Numbered from the stretch's first letter, positions 48,995 to 59,082 are shown. The stretch: DNA of 64,000 bases from an uncultured virus (IMG/VR IMGVR_UViG_3300025767_000004) (IMGVR_UViG_3300025767_000004), one strand, 5' to 3'. Numbers and translations: made by a program. The notes: generated by a model not told the origin, from the sequence alone.

Positions 48995-49612
48995 TTATTT
49001 GTTTTTGTTATTATTTTTTAATAAATCCCTTCTTTTTGTTAATACCTCAATAATCCTGCCCAACTGTTCTGTGTCGGTCTCGTGCATTATTTGGTTTAAG
49101 ATATTACTATTGTATTTTATATCCCCCAACTTAGATTCGTTAATCTCCACCTCATCAGTAATTTCCTCAATACTATCAATATTCACTTCAGAGTCCCACG
49201 TATCTAAAATATCTTTACGGTAAAAATCACCATACTCGTAAATATACAACATATCATCACCAAAAAAGTCAGTTTGTAATATCTCCTTAGCATATACCTC
49301 ACTATACGATTCAATATTATACGTATATAAATCAGCAACCGCTTGACTATATCTCTCCTCACCCGACACTTTATATTTTTTAAGTACAGGTTCCACATAT
49401 TTGGATGGGTCCGTTTCACCACTTTTAAACAAATCAATGTTTTTATCTATCAACTCAAATAAGTAAGATTTAATCGGACTATTCACATAGTCAGTTTCAA
49501 TATACCTCAACTTCTTAAAAGGAAAGTTATTAACCCAATCACCATCAAGGTCTGGCTTAGCGATGTTAAGTACAAACTTAACTACTACATTTTTATCGAA
49601 CTTCTTACTCAT
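48995..49612 (-). CDS. Hypothetical protein, paralog of 46795-47370
   Basis: DTWDSEVNID; EINES. Confidence 0.7.
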   Translation of the reverse strand: MSKKFDKNVVVKFVLNIAKPDLDGDWVNNFPFKKLRYIETDYVNSPIKSYLFELIDKNIDLFKSGETDPSKYVEPVLKKYKVSGEERYSQAVADLYTYNIESYSEVYAKEILQTDFFGDDMLYIYEYGDFYRKDILDTWDSEVNIDSIEEITDEVEINESKLGDIKYNSNILNQIMHETDTEQLGRIIEVLTKRRDLLKNNNKNK

Positions 49613-49615
49613 AAC

Positions 49616-49858
49616 TTACTTTTGGTTTTTTGATTTAAATCTATTAGATGGTGAGGTCTTACTATGTTTGGTCTTTCTACCTTTTACTCTTTCTCTCCAT
49701 AGTTTGAATGATGATTCTTTTAAATGTGTTCTCATAATCTTACGAACATCATTTTCCTTAATACCGAATTGGAACTCTATTGCTTCGAAAGGTGTTCTAT
49801 CCTCCCAAGCCATTTCAATTATTCTATCGATATCTCTAAAATCATCACTATACACCAT
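49616..49858 (-). CDS. DUF2805 / TIGR03643 family protein
   Basis: RIIEMAWEDRTPFEAI..QFG..E..V...MR..LK.SSF.LWR.RV.GR.TKH. Confidence 0.85.
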   Translation of the reverse strand: MVYSDDFRDIDRIIEMAWEDRTPFEAIEFQFGIKENDVRKIMRTHLKESSFKLWRERVKGRKTKHSKTSPSNRFKSKNQK

Positions 49859-49873
49859 ATATTAGTAAATATA

Positions 49874-50272
49874 TTAAACCAGACTTTTACGTACGTTCCT
49901 CTTTCTAAACCAACTTTTAGTATATAAAGTAACCGTAGTGATAATACCAATACCAATTAAAAAGAATAGTCCCGTATAGTTGGTACCCGTAAAGAACTCA
50001 TAAGTCAATAACGTCCATCCCATTATATATCCGAACCATAAGACCAACCATACACCATCAGGTATCCTTTTAGTCTTCTCCTCAATCTTATCAACCTGCT
50101 CATCATGCACCACTCTACTTAACGCATCCTGTAAGTCTTTACCATACGCAGGGATTAAATCAGTCTCACCATTGGTGAACTCAATCTTAATTTCATATTT
50201 ACTCCACCCGTCAAACGTAATACTCTCTTTACGTAACTCCGCATGAATTACTCTCTTCATCGTCCTTTTCAT
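49874..50272 (-). CDS. Membrane protein
   Basis: AYGKDLQDAL, two C-terminal TM helices. Confidence 0.65.
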   Translation of the reverse strand: MKRTMKRVIHAELRKESITFDGWSKYEIKIEFTNGETDLIPAYGKDLQDALSRVVHDEQVDKIEEKTKRIPDGVWLVLWFGYIMGWTLLTYEFFTGTNYTGLFFLIGIGIITTVTLYTKSWFRKRNVRKSLV

Positions 50273-50278
50273 ATTCTG

Positions 50279-50497
50279 TTAATATAAATTACTTTTTATA
50301 ACTTTCTTTACTATCATCTGTGATGTTGGTGATACACCAAACTTTCTTTCCCCATATATTTCATTACAGGTATTCATCACATACTTCGGGTCATACTCCT
50401 GATGTACATCCTCATACATCAATGGATACCATTTTGTTTCGTATCCGTCATCTGAGAAGGTCACCCAAGCCATCTCTCTAAAAAAATCAATAACCAA
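50279..50497 (-). CDS. Hypothetical protein
   Basis: 72-aa ORF in operon. Confidence 0.55.
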   Translation of the reverse strand: MVIDFFREMAWVTFSDDGYETKWYPLMYEDVHQEYDPKYVMNTCNEIYGERKFGVSPTSQMIVKKVIKSNLY

Positions 50498-50858
50498 AAT
50501 AGTAGTTTATTATTTTACAATCAGAACTCAATCCTGTCAAATCAGGAAATGTAACATCACCTATCTGATTGTCGTTAATATGCGATATGTGAATCTCAGT
50601 GAATTGTTTAACATACTTCTCATATGTCTTCTTACCTCCAATACACCAATCACACGTAATATCAAAAACATCCCGTTGGTCCACAATAACATCACGACCC
50701 TTCAACGTTGGTAATCCTTTATTGGTATTGTAACCAACCAAACACCTACCACCTAAAGTCATTTCCTTAAAGTGTTTCAAATCTTCTTTGTTATGCCATA
50801 TCAATTCGTCACCTCTACCAATGAACCCCAAATTGTTAACCGCAACTATCGCCCTCAT
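50487..50858 (-). CDS. folA: Dihydrofolate reductase (compact)
   Basis: IVAV...IG....W...EDL.HFK.MT, L.GR, IGG...Y, GD..FP. Confidence 0.85.
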   Translation of the reverse strand: MRAIVAVNNLGFIGRGDELIWHNKEDLKHFKEMTLGGRCLVGYNTNKGLPTLKGRDVIVDQRDVFDITCDWCIGGKKTYEKYVKQFTEIHISHINDNQIGDVTFPDLTGLSSDCKIINYYFGY

Positions 50859-50859
50859 A

Positions 50860-51318
50860 TTAGAAGTTTCCCTCGTTGACCTGCATACAGGATAAACCGT
50901 TGTCTCTCCACATCTTCACTACCTTATCTCTATCATCAAACACACATAAGATATCTTCTTTGTTAGGGAACAAATCGTCCAACCATTTTTTCTTTAAGTC
51001 ATCATCCGGCATGAACATAAACTCTTTACTGGTAGGTCGCATCTTTAATATATCAAATGGTACATTGAAATTATTTAACCATTGTTTAGTGGCGTCTTTA
51101 GTCGCTTTACTACGACCTGAAAAGATTACAATTCTATGTCCCGACTCTTTTAATAATCTCGCCATAACAATCACAGGAGTATTTGGTAAATCCAAATCAA
51201 TATTCTTAGGGTCAAAAAAGACATCCCAATCCATCTTACCATTTTCCTTTGTTGATAATTGTCTTCTCTCCTCGATATCCGCTATCGTACCATCTAAATC
51301 AAAAATTACTGTTTTCAT
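50860..51318 (-). CDS. HAD phosphatase like the 3'-phosphatase domain of T4 Pnk
   Basis: FDLDGTIA, FSGR, LKMRP, D...K, FDDR..VV.MWR..G..C.QV..G.F. Confidence 0.85.
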   Translation of the reverse strand: MKTVIFDLDGTIADIEERRQLSTKENGKMDWDVFFDPKNIDLDLPNTPVIVMARLLKESGHRIVIFSGRSKATKDATKQWLNNFNVPFDILKMRPTSKEFMFMPDDDLKKKWLDDLFPNKEDILCVFDDRDKVVKMWRDNGLSCMQVNEGNF

Positions 51319-51386
51319 ACTACTTTTTATTGTTCCATACAAATATAACACATATTTTTCACATTATAAAAAGAAACCTAAAACTT

Positions 51387-52754
51387 TTAATTAATATCCC
51401 TCTCAAAATAATATGTATCCACTCCTCGACCAACTATCGTAACCCTTTCACCTAAGTCTTTAATGAACGAATCGAATAATCGTTCCCTATCATCTTTAGT
51501 ATAAAATAAATTTATATAATCCGTTGAAAATATGTTTGAGATGTTTATAAGATTATCACCATTTGTAAGTTCACTAATTATTGGTCCGTAGTCTTCAATT
51601 ATATTCGTATGTATGAAACTAATATTTAGTGTTCTAAATTTAGTTAAGTAGTCTTTGAAAGATTTCTCACCACCTAAGTATTCATATAACTCTTTAATGT
51701 GATTATTTAAATTCTCTGATGGGATTTCACCATTAAATAATGGTTCCACTCTTTTACCTATTAAATTAATTTCTTTTGGTCCCTGTTTTATTAATTGAAT
51801 AATGTCAGTATCTTTACTACCCATTAAATATTCATACCATTCAATACTTCTCACATTATAATCATAGAATACTATCTCTGACTCATCATCAATTAGGTTT
51901 GAATGAACCAAATCTAAGAATTTAAATCCAGCACACGGTAAGAATACTTTTTCATATTTCTTACCATTTGCCTTTTTAAGTATTGTCAATTCTTCAGTAT
52001 TAAAAATCCACACACCTGGGTTTGGATTTAATACCATATAAAGTAATTGTTTTTTGGTGTAGTCAATATTATCCGTACATTCTTTGTTTTGAATTAAACT
52101 ATAAAACTTATCCGAATTATATTCAGGGTAACAATAAGACTTCATACTACGTATTTCATAGGTAAACGGAGATACCTCAAACCCCATACTCAATAACCCA
52201 TTTAACATTGACCACCCATATCTAAGTGGTGAGTCTGAAATATAGTCATCACCACCCTTTTTAACCCATATTGGAGTATAATCATCATGAAAGTTATCAT
52301 CAGAACGCTCAATATTTGTAAGAGTATTATGAATATCACCCTCTAACCCAAATGATGGTCTACCTGATTTCAACCAATGTTTTGTTCTAATGACCACGAA
52401 CTGTGGGTGTACTTCATACCACTCATCTTTGCGGTCCAATATATGCCCCATCATAGATAAATTTTCATTCTCATCGAACTGAGAAATTATTTTATCCATA
52501 ATATGTTTTGAGTTATAGATACGATTACCCGAAGACATTAAAATTATGAAATCAGATGTACCCGTTAGAGTCTCTAACCCTTCATCAAACGTATTAGAGT
52601 GAGTCACATCATATACATGTAAAGGATTTTGTGACATTCTATTAATATAGAAGTCAGTGAAATCCCTCATCTTAATAGATAACTTATCGTTTTTAATCCT
52701 ATAATTGTGTGAGTGTATTACCGATATCTTATATTTGATACGTTTATGACTCAT
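51387..52754 (-). CDS. Hypothetical protein (possible transferase fusion)
   Basis: 455-aa ORF; GHILD, HPQ, ERS..NFHDDYTP.W, SNIF. Confidence 0.65.
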   Translation of the reverse strand: MSHKRIKYKISVIHSHNYRIKNDKLSIKMRDFTDFYINRMSQNPLHVYDVTHSNTFDEGLETLTGTSDFIILMSSGNRIYNSKHIMDKIISQFDENENLSMMGHILDRKDEWYEVHPQFVVIRTKHWLKSGRPSFGLEGDIHNTLTNIERSDDNFHDDYTPIWVKKGGDDYISDSPLRYGWSMLNGLLSMGFEVSPFTYEIRSMKSYCYPEYNSDKFYSLIQNKECTDNIDYTKKQLLYMVLNPNPGVWIFNTEELTILKKANGKKYEKVFLPCAGFKFLDLVHSNLIDDESEIVFYDYNVRSIEWYEYLMGSKDTDIIQLIKQGPKEINLIGKRVEPLFNGEIPSENLNNHIKELYEYLGGEKSFKDYLTKFRTLNISFIHTNIIEDYGPIISELTNGDNLINISNIFSTDYINLFYTKDDRERLFDSFIKDLGERVTIVGRGVDTYYFERDIN

Positions 52755-52850
52755 TAATCCTCCACTGTGTTTTCACCAATTTTAGATGGGTAACTTATCC
52801 AATCATCAACACCGTCCTCTAATATATCTCCGTAGTAGTCATCCATATCC

Positions 52851-53078
52851 TTATCCTAAATTAAAATTTTCCTCTAACTCAGAAATTAATGTCTTAATCT
52901 GCTCTTTGTTTAAAGTGATGTGAGTGAAAAATGGGTCTTGTGACCTCATAGTGATTTGTAACTTCATTCCTTCCATACCTCCACTGAAACGAGTTAAAGA
53001 CATTTCCGTATCCTCTAATACCCCTTCACTCTTAGTGTTGAAGAATTGACCCTTAATTGATTTTAGTTCTGTTGACAT
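52851..53078 (-). CDS. Hypothetical protein (probable early gene)
   Basis: TATCTTTG promoter at 53101-53108 (minus); LTRFSGG. Confidence 0.65.
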   Translation of the reverse strand: MSTELKSIKGQFFNTKSEGVLEDTEMSLTRFSGGMEGMKLQITMRSQDPFFTHITLNKEQIKTLISELEENFNLG

Positions 53079-53181
53079 ACCGTTTATTTTTTGTTCACTA
53101 CAAAGATAAACAATTTTTTGATTTATGACAACTAATTACCTTAATTTAATTTCAAATCATATCTTGTTTCACTATGCTTTC

Positions 53182-53751
53182 CTATAACTTGACCTTTATG
53201 TTCTCAGTACCTGGCGATGTTAAATGGATACTACTATCTACTGTTATATTACTTCTATTCTCATCCTGCTCCCAAAACTCATGTCTTATAACCTGAATTA
53301 TATCATACGCTTCTCTACATGATTCATCAACATTAGGATTGTGTATTCCCCAACTACCATTCCTACCAATTTCAGTGTCATTATATAACATATTTCTTGG
53401 TTGAACTAACACATTGTCGACAGAATCTCTAACTGCATGGTATCTCTCATAATCGGTAGTGTACTCAATCTTATCAATATCTGTCCACTTTTTAACCTCT
53501 TCACCATTTCCCCAGCTTCCTTTAGTTTTTATCCATTTATATTTTGGACCAACTTCTACAACTTCACCTCTCATTGTTCTATCACCCACTTTAAAAGGAC
53601 CGCTACCTAAAGCAAACTCTTTATGTAAATGTTTTTCAAATGTTGGATGTTCTTTAATTACGTTGAATTGACCAATACCAACTCTACTATAAAAATCTAA
53701 TGCTCGTTGGATTAATCTTAATTGTTCGTTGTTTAATTCTATTGTTGCCAT
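53182..53751 (-). CDS. Hypothetical phage protein
   Basis: ALDFYSRVGIGQF, AYDIIQVIRH. Confidence 0.7.
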   Translation of the reverse strand: MATIELNNEQLRLIQRALDFYSRVGIGQFNVIKEHPTFEKHLHKEFALGSGPFKVGDRTMRGEVVEVGPKYKWIKTKGSWGNGEEVKKWTDIDKIEYTTDYERYHAVRDSVDNVLVQPRNMLYNDTEIGRNGSWGIHNPNVDESCREAYDIIQVIRHEFWEQDENRSNITVDSSIHLTSPGTENIKVKL

Positions 53752-53756
53752 AATTT

Positions 53757-54143
53757 TTATCTTAATTTAACGTTAAATCTGTCTTCCATTTTTTGTAAAC
53801 TTTCTTCTGGTACTCCATGTTCATTTACACCACCATGTCTGTTTTCAACAATTAGTGAATAAACTCTGTACCCATACTTTTCTGCAAGTTCAAAATATGG
53901 TTTCATTTCCCATTCTTGGGTGAATGTGTTTGAAACTACTATTTTTTCTCCTAAAGCCATTGCTAATTCGGTATTGGATTGGCACCAATTATGTGCCCTT
54001 TTAAGTTTATCCGCATCGAATTTATATTCACCCTCTGAATCTATGAAGTACATATCGGCTTCTAAATGTTTACCTCCTAATGATTTTGCTAATGTTGATT
54101 TACCACTACCTGGTAATCCTCTTAATAAGAATAACTCTTTCAT
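53757..54143 (-). CDS. P-loop polynucleotide 5'-kinase-like protein (AAA_33)
   Basis: RGLPGSGKST, EADMYF, AH.WC, VSNTF, N.HGVP. Confidence 0.8.
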   Translation of the reverse strand: MKELFLLRGLPGSGKSTLAKSLGGKHLEADMYFIDSEGEYKFDADKLKRAHNWCQSNTELAMALGEKIVVSNTFTQEWEMKPYFELAEKYGYRVYSLIVENRHGGVNEHGVPEESLQKMEDRFNVKLR

Positions 54144-54146
54144 AAT

Positions 54147-55154
54147 TTATAATTTTCTAAATTCTGGTTTAATAATTCTCCATAAGGTTTCTGAGTAATC
54201 TGAACCATCTAACATCTTAAAAAGAAGTTGTGGATATTTGTATCTTTTTGCTAGTTTCGCAAATTCAGCTCTATCATTTATTAGATGTCCCATTTTATTA
54301 AAAATCCAAACATATTCAGTCTCTAACATAATGTATTGGTGTTTTAATTCTTCTACATATTCTTCGATTTTATTGAAGAACTCATCTGGTACATCTTCTA
54401 ATATTTTATAAATATCATTTCCACTACTCAGACATTCCCATACAGATTTAGTTGAGATTTCTGTCATAATCTTATGAAGTCTAATATATTCTTCACCTTT
54501 GATTTTACATCTATCTCCATTTGAGAACTTAACTACAAATCCTTCTCTATTTTTACCTATATTTTGTTTTAAGTATTTGTAATTCTTAATGTTATTGTAA
54601 TTTTTAACAACATCATATCCATTCTTTCTAAATTGGTCTAACGAATATTCTTCACCTGATTTGGTTCCGATTCTACCTAATAAAACTAATCTCTCTGAAC
54701 CTGCGTAATCTACAACAATTCTGTTTTCTGGATAGATGATTTCAAACATATAGGTTGAATCTTTAGAAAAATGAGATTGTTGAAAATTATCCTTAAACAT
54801 CTCACCACCTTTAATTGCCTGCTCAGAAGTAAAAGAACCTCTACTTGCAAAAATCCATTTACCGTCATAGTAAAATGCAATACCTAAAGAACCATCCATT
54901 TTCTCATATACTTCAAACTCATCAGTTATTGTATGTTTCCCCTCCTCAATATTAAAGAACTTTTTAAATGGTCTTGCAACTATATTACCCATTTCATCGG
55001 TAACCAATCCTCTACATTGTAGAGTAATTTCATCCCACTTACCTTCATATTGAGTCGCCTGAGAATAGTTCCATATTGTTAATGGAAGAGTTAGATGAGT
55101 TTGTTTAATCAACCATCCCTCGTCATAATACTTCTCTAATAACTCTAAGTTCAT
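54147..55154 (-). CDS. T4 Rnl1-family RNA ligase
   Basis: CRGLV, ARPF.KFFN, EKMDGS (motif I), SRGSF, FEII, EGFVV, KIK; start moved to 55154. Confidence 0.9.
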   Translation of the reverse strand: MNLELLEKYYDEGWLIKQTHLTLPLTIWNYSQATQYEGKWDEITLQCRGLVTDEMGNIVARPFKKFFNIEEGKHTITDEFEVYEKMDGSLGIAFYYDGKWIFASRGSFTSEQAIKGGEMFKDNFQQSHFSKDSTYMFEIIYPENRIVVDYAGSERLVLLGRIGTKSGEEYSLDQFRKNGYDVVKNYNNIKNYKYLKQNIGKNREGFVVKFSNGDRCKIKGEEYIRLHKIMTEISTKSVWECLSSGNDIYKILEDVPDEFFNKIEEYVEELKHQYIMLETEYVWIFNKMGHLINDRAEFAKLAKRYKYPQLLFKMLDGSDYSETLWRIIKPEFRKL

Positions 55155-55201
55155 TTTGTAATGTTTCTGCAAATATAAGGGAAAAAAAGTGGGTTTAAAG
55201 A

Positions 55202-56113
55202 CTATTTTACGATTTTTTTGTAAGTTCCGTCATTATACTTAATTAAGTATAATTTATTATCCGAAGGAATTACATTAATATCTTTTGATATATAACGTCC
55301 TCTCCAATCCCAAACACCTATAACTTCTCTTTTAATACTATGTTCTTCTACCCCTAATATAGAACTTCGAACAATGAATGTCCATTGAATTCTCTGCGTA
55401 GTCATTAAATAACCACTACGGTATTTGTCAATTTGAAATCCATACCCATATCTTCCAAGCGTTGTTCCTACAAATGTAATTGAGTCATTATCCGCAAGTA
55501 CATTACTACCTGTTTGAGTTTGTGGTACGAATACTCCATTTGAATATGATGAGTAAAGGTCTGATAACGTCAGATTTACTGAATCGTTTTCTGGATTTGT
55601 GAAGTGACAGTTGTAATTTCCCCACACTGGTTTCATTGAATTAACCACATTTGATTCAACATTAACCCAAAGAGGTTGTTCCATAAATGGTGTTGAACTA
55701 TTTGGTACGTGCCAGTAATCTGTTGACAATACAAAATCCGATTGATTCGAATTTGTAGAGTTGTTTAACATTGGCCAACAACAGTTCTTATAGATAAACC
55801 TATATTTGTTTGAATCTAAATCCAAATAATCACTACCGTAATTTGCAGTGTTAAATCCTTGATGTGTTGATTGATTAATCTTATCTAAGGTAACATAAGA
55901 ATCGAATGTATACCACCCTTGAGAATCCATCACCCACATTTCAAGTGATACCTGATTCGGTAATGGTGGAAACGCATCAGCAACCACATACATTCCAATC
56001 GATGTAGAGTCCTGTGATGTTTGTGCAACCTGAATAATACCACCCATCATATGAGAGGCATTTGTCACAAATGTTGTCAAAATTAGTGACAGTGTTAGTA
56101 ATTGTTTTTTCAT
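55202..56113 (-). CDS. Secreted Bacteroidota-type protein with T9SS-like C-terminal domain
   Basis: Signal peptide, ASHMMGG, CCW, LGVEE linker, ends D..GR...YLIKY.DGT.KKIVK. Confidence 0.65.
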   Translation of the reverse strand: MKKQLLTLSLILTTFVTNASHMMGGIIQVAQTSQDSTSIGMYVVADAFPPLPNQVSLEMWVMDSQGWYTFDSYVTLDKINQSTHQGFNTANYGSDYLDLDSNKYRFIYKNCCWPMLNNSTNSNQSDFVLSTDYWHVPNSSTPFMEQPLWVNVESNVVNSMKPVWGNYNCHFTNPENDSVNLTLSDLYSSYSNGVFVPQTQTGSNVLADNDSITFVGTTLGRYGYGFQIDKYRSGYLMTTQRIQWTFIVRSSILGVEEHSIKREVIGVWDWRGRYISKDINVIPSDNKLYLIKYNDGTYKKIVK

Positions 56114-56115
56114 AT

Positions 56116-56271
56116 CTATTTATTTTCTTTAGTTACAATTTCTCTTCTCCACCATTTTGAGAATAGAGTCTTTGGGTTTCGTTTAACATATCTTTCCCCC
56201 ACCACTAAAACAATGGCGATGAAAGTTGTAAACACAACGTAAACCTCAATCATTAATATTAATTCTTTCAT
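56116..56271 (-). CDS. Small membrane protein (not in ORF track)
   Basis: MKELILMIEVYVVFTTFIAIVFSGG...FSKWWRREIV; TACATTTG promoter at 56288-56295. Confidence 0.55.
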   Translation of the reverse strand: MKELILMIEVYVVFTTFIAIVLVVGERYVKRNPKTLFSKWWRREIVTKENK

Positions 56272-56337
56272 ACGAATCTGTTTAACCAAATGTAAGTCTA
56301 ATATTTACAAAAACAAATATAACCCTAAATTTATTTT

Positions 56338-56541
56338 ATGATTAAATTAACCACATTATCAGAAACAAAAAGTTCCGAACTCTATGTGAATCCAGAACTT
56401 ATATGTTATATTACTAAGACATCCATGTGGGACGCATCGATTAGTGAGAATATTGACCTCACTAAAATATATTTTAATCAGGAACACTACCTAATGGTAA
56501 GTGAAACCCCTGAAGAGATTATAAATCTAATTAAGAGGTAG
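56338..56541 (+). CDS. FlbD-like small protein
   Basis: MIKLT...YVNPELI...V.ETPEEI. Confidence 0.6.
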   Translation: MIKLTTLSETKSSELYVNPELICYITKTSMWDASISENIDLTKIYFNQEHYLMVSETPEEIINLIKR

Positions 56542-57834
56542 TACGTTAAACATTAACTCTACGAACCCCTCATCATTAAATCCAAACGAACTAATCTTAG
56601 GTTGTAGATACTCTTTGATACAGTCACCAACTTCAGTCTCTATCTCCCACAATTGGTTTTCCTCCATATACTCACTGACGTTGAATATATCACCTAAATC
56701 GTGTAAGGTACCGTCGAGTAAACTAACATTACTACCACTATCAATTTCAACATTAATTGTTATATATTCTTTAACCTCTAAACTTTTAATTCTAAAAATT
56801 AAGTCGTACCCTCCACAGAAAAATTCATGAATGCCCGTTTCAGACGCAGTTTCATTAATCTTATCTATAATAACCTGTATTCCTCCGATATAGTCAACTT
56901 TATGTTGATTAATGTCCTCAACACTACCACGTATATATTTCGACTTATTACTATCCAAACCGTTTCGGTCCCATAAATAAGATAATGTTTTCTTTTCAAC
57001 ATCAGAAAGTTGCGAACTCGGTTTTTTGTCCGGCCTTTGGAAGCGCTGAAGAGATTCGTTCAATCCCTCAACATCTTTCTCAATTGAATCACCAATAATG
57101 TCACTAATGATTATCTGCACATTAGGAATATATCGACCAATGGATACTTCCAACTCACCAATAAAGTTATCGTATTCAATCCTTGCACTATTCACATACA
57201 GATTAACATTCACAATAGGAACCTCATCATTTGTAAAGCTAATAACATCAATCCTATCTACAGAACTGATTTCATCTAACTCATCCATCTCACCTAATCC
57301 CATATCGAACGCGTAATCTTGAATCTTTTGAACACCGTTATTAATTAAAGTCTGTATTGTCGATAAATTATTACTTTCATTCAATCCCTCAACATCACTA
57401 CTCTCTACGTTCTGATTTAAATCACCGATAAAGACCATTGGGGTGAATCCTATTGCTGCCGAAACACATAAACGAGTGTTACCCGATACCAAATGATATC
57501 TGTCGTTAAACTTAACGATAAGTGGTCTCTTATAGGTATCCTCCATAAGTTTAAGTCTTAACTTATATGGGTTACTCTTACCATACATACTGGCAATATG
57601 TATTACCTTCTCAAACTCACCTTCTTCTATTGTGTTTGATTCTGTATTTTCTAGTTTATCCCATATTTCTTTGGTTAACTCTACGGCTTCTACACCTTTA
57701 AATGATTTCTTTACCTCTTTAACCGACACTGGGAAATTATCGTTTCGGGTTATTTGTTGAGACACTCTCTTTATCTCATCCATCTCACCCTTTATATCAG
57801 GTACACTATTTAATGTATTAACTACCTTATCCAT
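56527..57834 (-). CDS. Multidomain protein with N-terminal ParB/Srx-like domain
   Basis: RPLIV...YHLVSGNTRL; domains separated by two DVEGLNES linkers. Confidence 0.6.
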   Translation of the reverse strand: MDKVVNTLNSVPDIKGEMDEIKRVSQQITRNDNFPVSVKEVKKSFKGVEAVELTKEIWDKLENTESNTIEEGEFEKVIHIASMYGKSNPYKLRLKLMEDTYKRPLIVKFNDRYHLVSGNTRLCVSAAIGFTPMVFIGDLNQNVESSDVEGLNESNNLSTIQTLINNGVQKIQDYAFDMGLGEMDELDEISSVDRIDVISFTNDEVPIVNVNLYVNSARIEYDNFIGELEVSIGRYIPNVQIIISDIIGDSIEKDVEGLNESLQRFQRPDKKPSSQLSDVEKKTLSYLWDRNGLDSNKSKYIRGSVEDINQHKVDYIGGIQVIIDKINETASETGIHEFFCGGYDLIFRIKSLEVKEYITINVEIDSGSNVSLLDGTLHDLGDIFNVSEYMEENQLWEIETEVGDCIKEYLQPKISSFGFNDEGFVELMFNVLPLN

Positions 57835-57836
57835 TA

Positions 57837-58214
57837 TTAATTGTCTTTATTTCTTAATTGAGTAAATATACTCCCAAACCTATCCTTTAGACTTTTTACT
57901 ATATCTATTGGAGTGTATTCTAATGGTGAGTTATATCTATCAGACTCTAATTTATCATAACAATATTTCACCATAAAGTGAACATCTTCTTTTGGTAATC
58001 TTAAAAAGAATCTTCTACACATTACGTTTATCCTATCTCTTATACGTATAGATGAAATATCATAAAGAAACTCATCAGTACACTTACTATCTTTAAACCT
58101 ATTAAATGTTTCATAGGTCAAAACATACCCCTTACCATTTAACTTAGTATATATCAACCCCTTTAGTATATATACATCACATAACACCCTTAATCCACCC
58201 TTAGGATATCCCAT
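57837..58214 (-). CDS. Hypothetical protein
   Basis: 125-aa ORF overlapping sulfotransferase end. Confidence 0.55.
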   Translation of the reverse strand: MGYPKGGLRVLCDVYILKGLIYTKLNGKGYVLTYETFNRFKDSKCTDEFLYDISSIRIRDRINVMCRRFFLRLPKEDVHFMVKYCYDKLESDRYNSPLEYTPIDIVKSLKDRFGSIFTQLRNKDN

Positions 58215-59022
58215 AGTCTCTCCAACTTTCAGGAACTCTACCGATAGTATCTTTTACTTTCTGAACTGATGGTCTATATATGTCATACAACATCTCGTAT
58301 TGAGACTCATCAATATCCGTTAATACTGACTTATCAGATGAATTCTTAATCATAAAAGGTAATTCTTCGTGTCCAACCTCTAAGTATTTAAATAACTTTG
58401 TTAACTCAACACTACGATTCGTCTTAAACTCTTCAGTAATAATATAGTGACAGTTGTCACCAAATACGGATTGTATATTATCCAACAATATGTCGTAACG
58501 ACCTAACTGTATCTTATTCATCGAACTCATCCTATAAGGTTGGTGTTTATCTAAAAAGTAATACCTTTCCAACTGAAACGATAAGAAACTCTCAAATGTC
58601 GTATTCTCATCCATCTCATCCCATATTGAACTGTAATAGTCAGGCGAATACCTACTATAGTCCTCGTCAATCTTTGACCTCAGTACTGAATTCATAAAAG
58701 ACCACCACGATAAAAACTTATCAATAGGGTCTCTCATCATAAAGATGTTTTTTACGTCATCCCCACAATAATGTTTAATCGCCTCTAAATATGTTTTTGA
58801 GTTTGAGTGTGTAACACTTTTGTCACCTATAATCTTTTTGTCTTGTCCGTCAATGAAATATTCATTAACCCATAACTCAACAGGGGTAGTATAAAAACTA
58901 CGACTAAAATAATGCGTTTCGTCATCCGTAAAATACATCTCTGAATGATGACTTAGGACTTTCTGTAAGGTAGAAGTGCCACATTTGGACCCTCCTAAAA
59001 TAAATGTATTTGGTAGTTTCAT
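58201..59022 (-). CDS. Sulfotransferase (resembles heparan sulfate sulfotransferase domains)
   Basis: PNTFILGGSKCGTSTL, ETHYF, GDKS, RDPI...S (3'-PB). Confidence 0.85.
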   Translation of the reverse strand: MKLPNTFILGGSKCGTSTLQKVLSHHSEMYFTDDETHYFSRSFYTTPVELWVNEYFIDGQDKKIIGDKSVTHSNSKTYLEAIKHYCGDDVKNIFMMRDPIDKFLSWWSFMNSVLRSKIDEDYSRYSPDYYSSIWDEMDENTTFESFLSFQLERYYFLDKHQPYRMSSMNKIQLGRYDILLDNIQSVFGDNCHYIITEEFKTNRSVELTKLFKYLEVGHEELPFMIKNSSDKSVLTDIDESQYEMLYDIYRPSVQKVKDTIGRVPESWRDYGIS

Positions 59023-59082
59023 TTAACTGATTATATTATTCCATAAATATAGTCGTTAAATTTTTAATAGTGAAGTGATTTG

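Noticed and set aside
50876..51394. 172-aa plus-strand ORF
   Set aside because: Antisense to a clear HAD phosphatase; other short antisense ORFs in the track were dismissed likewise
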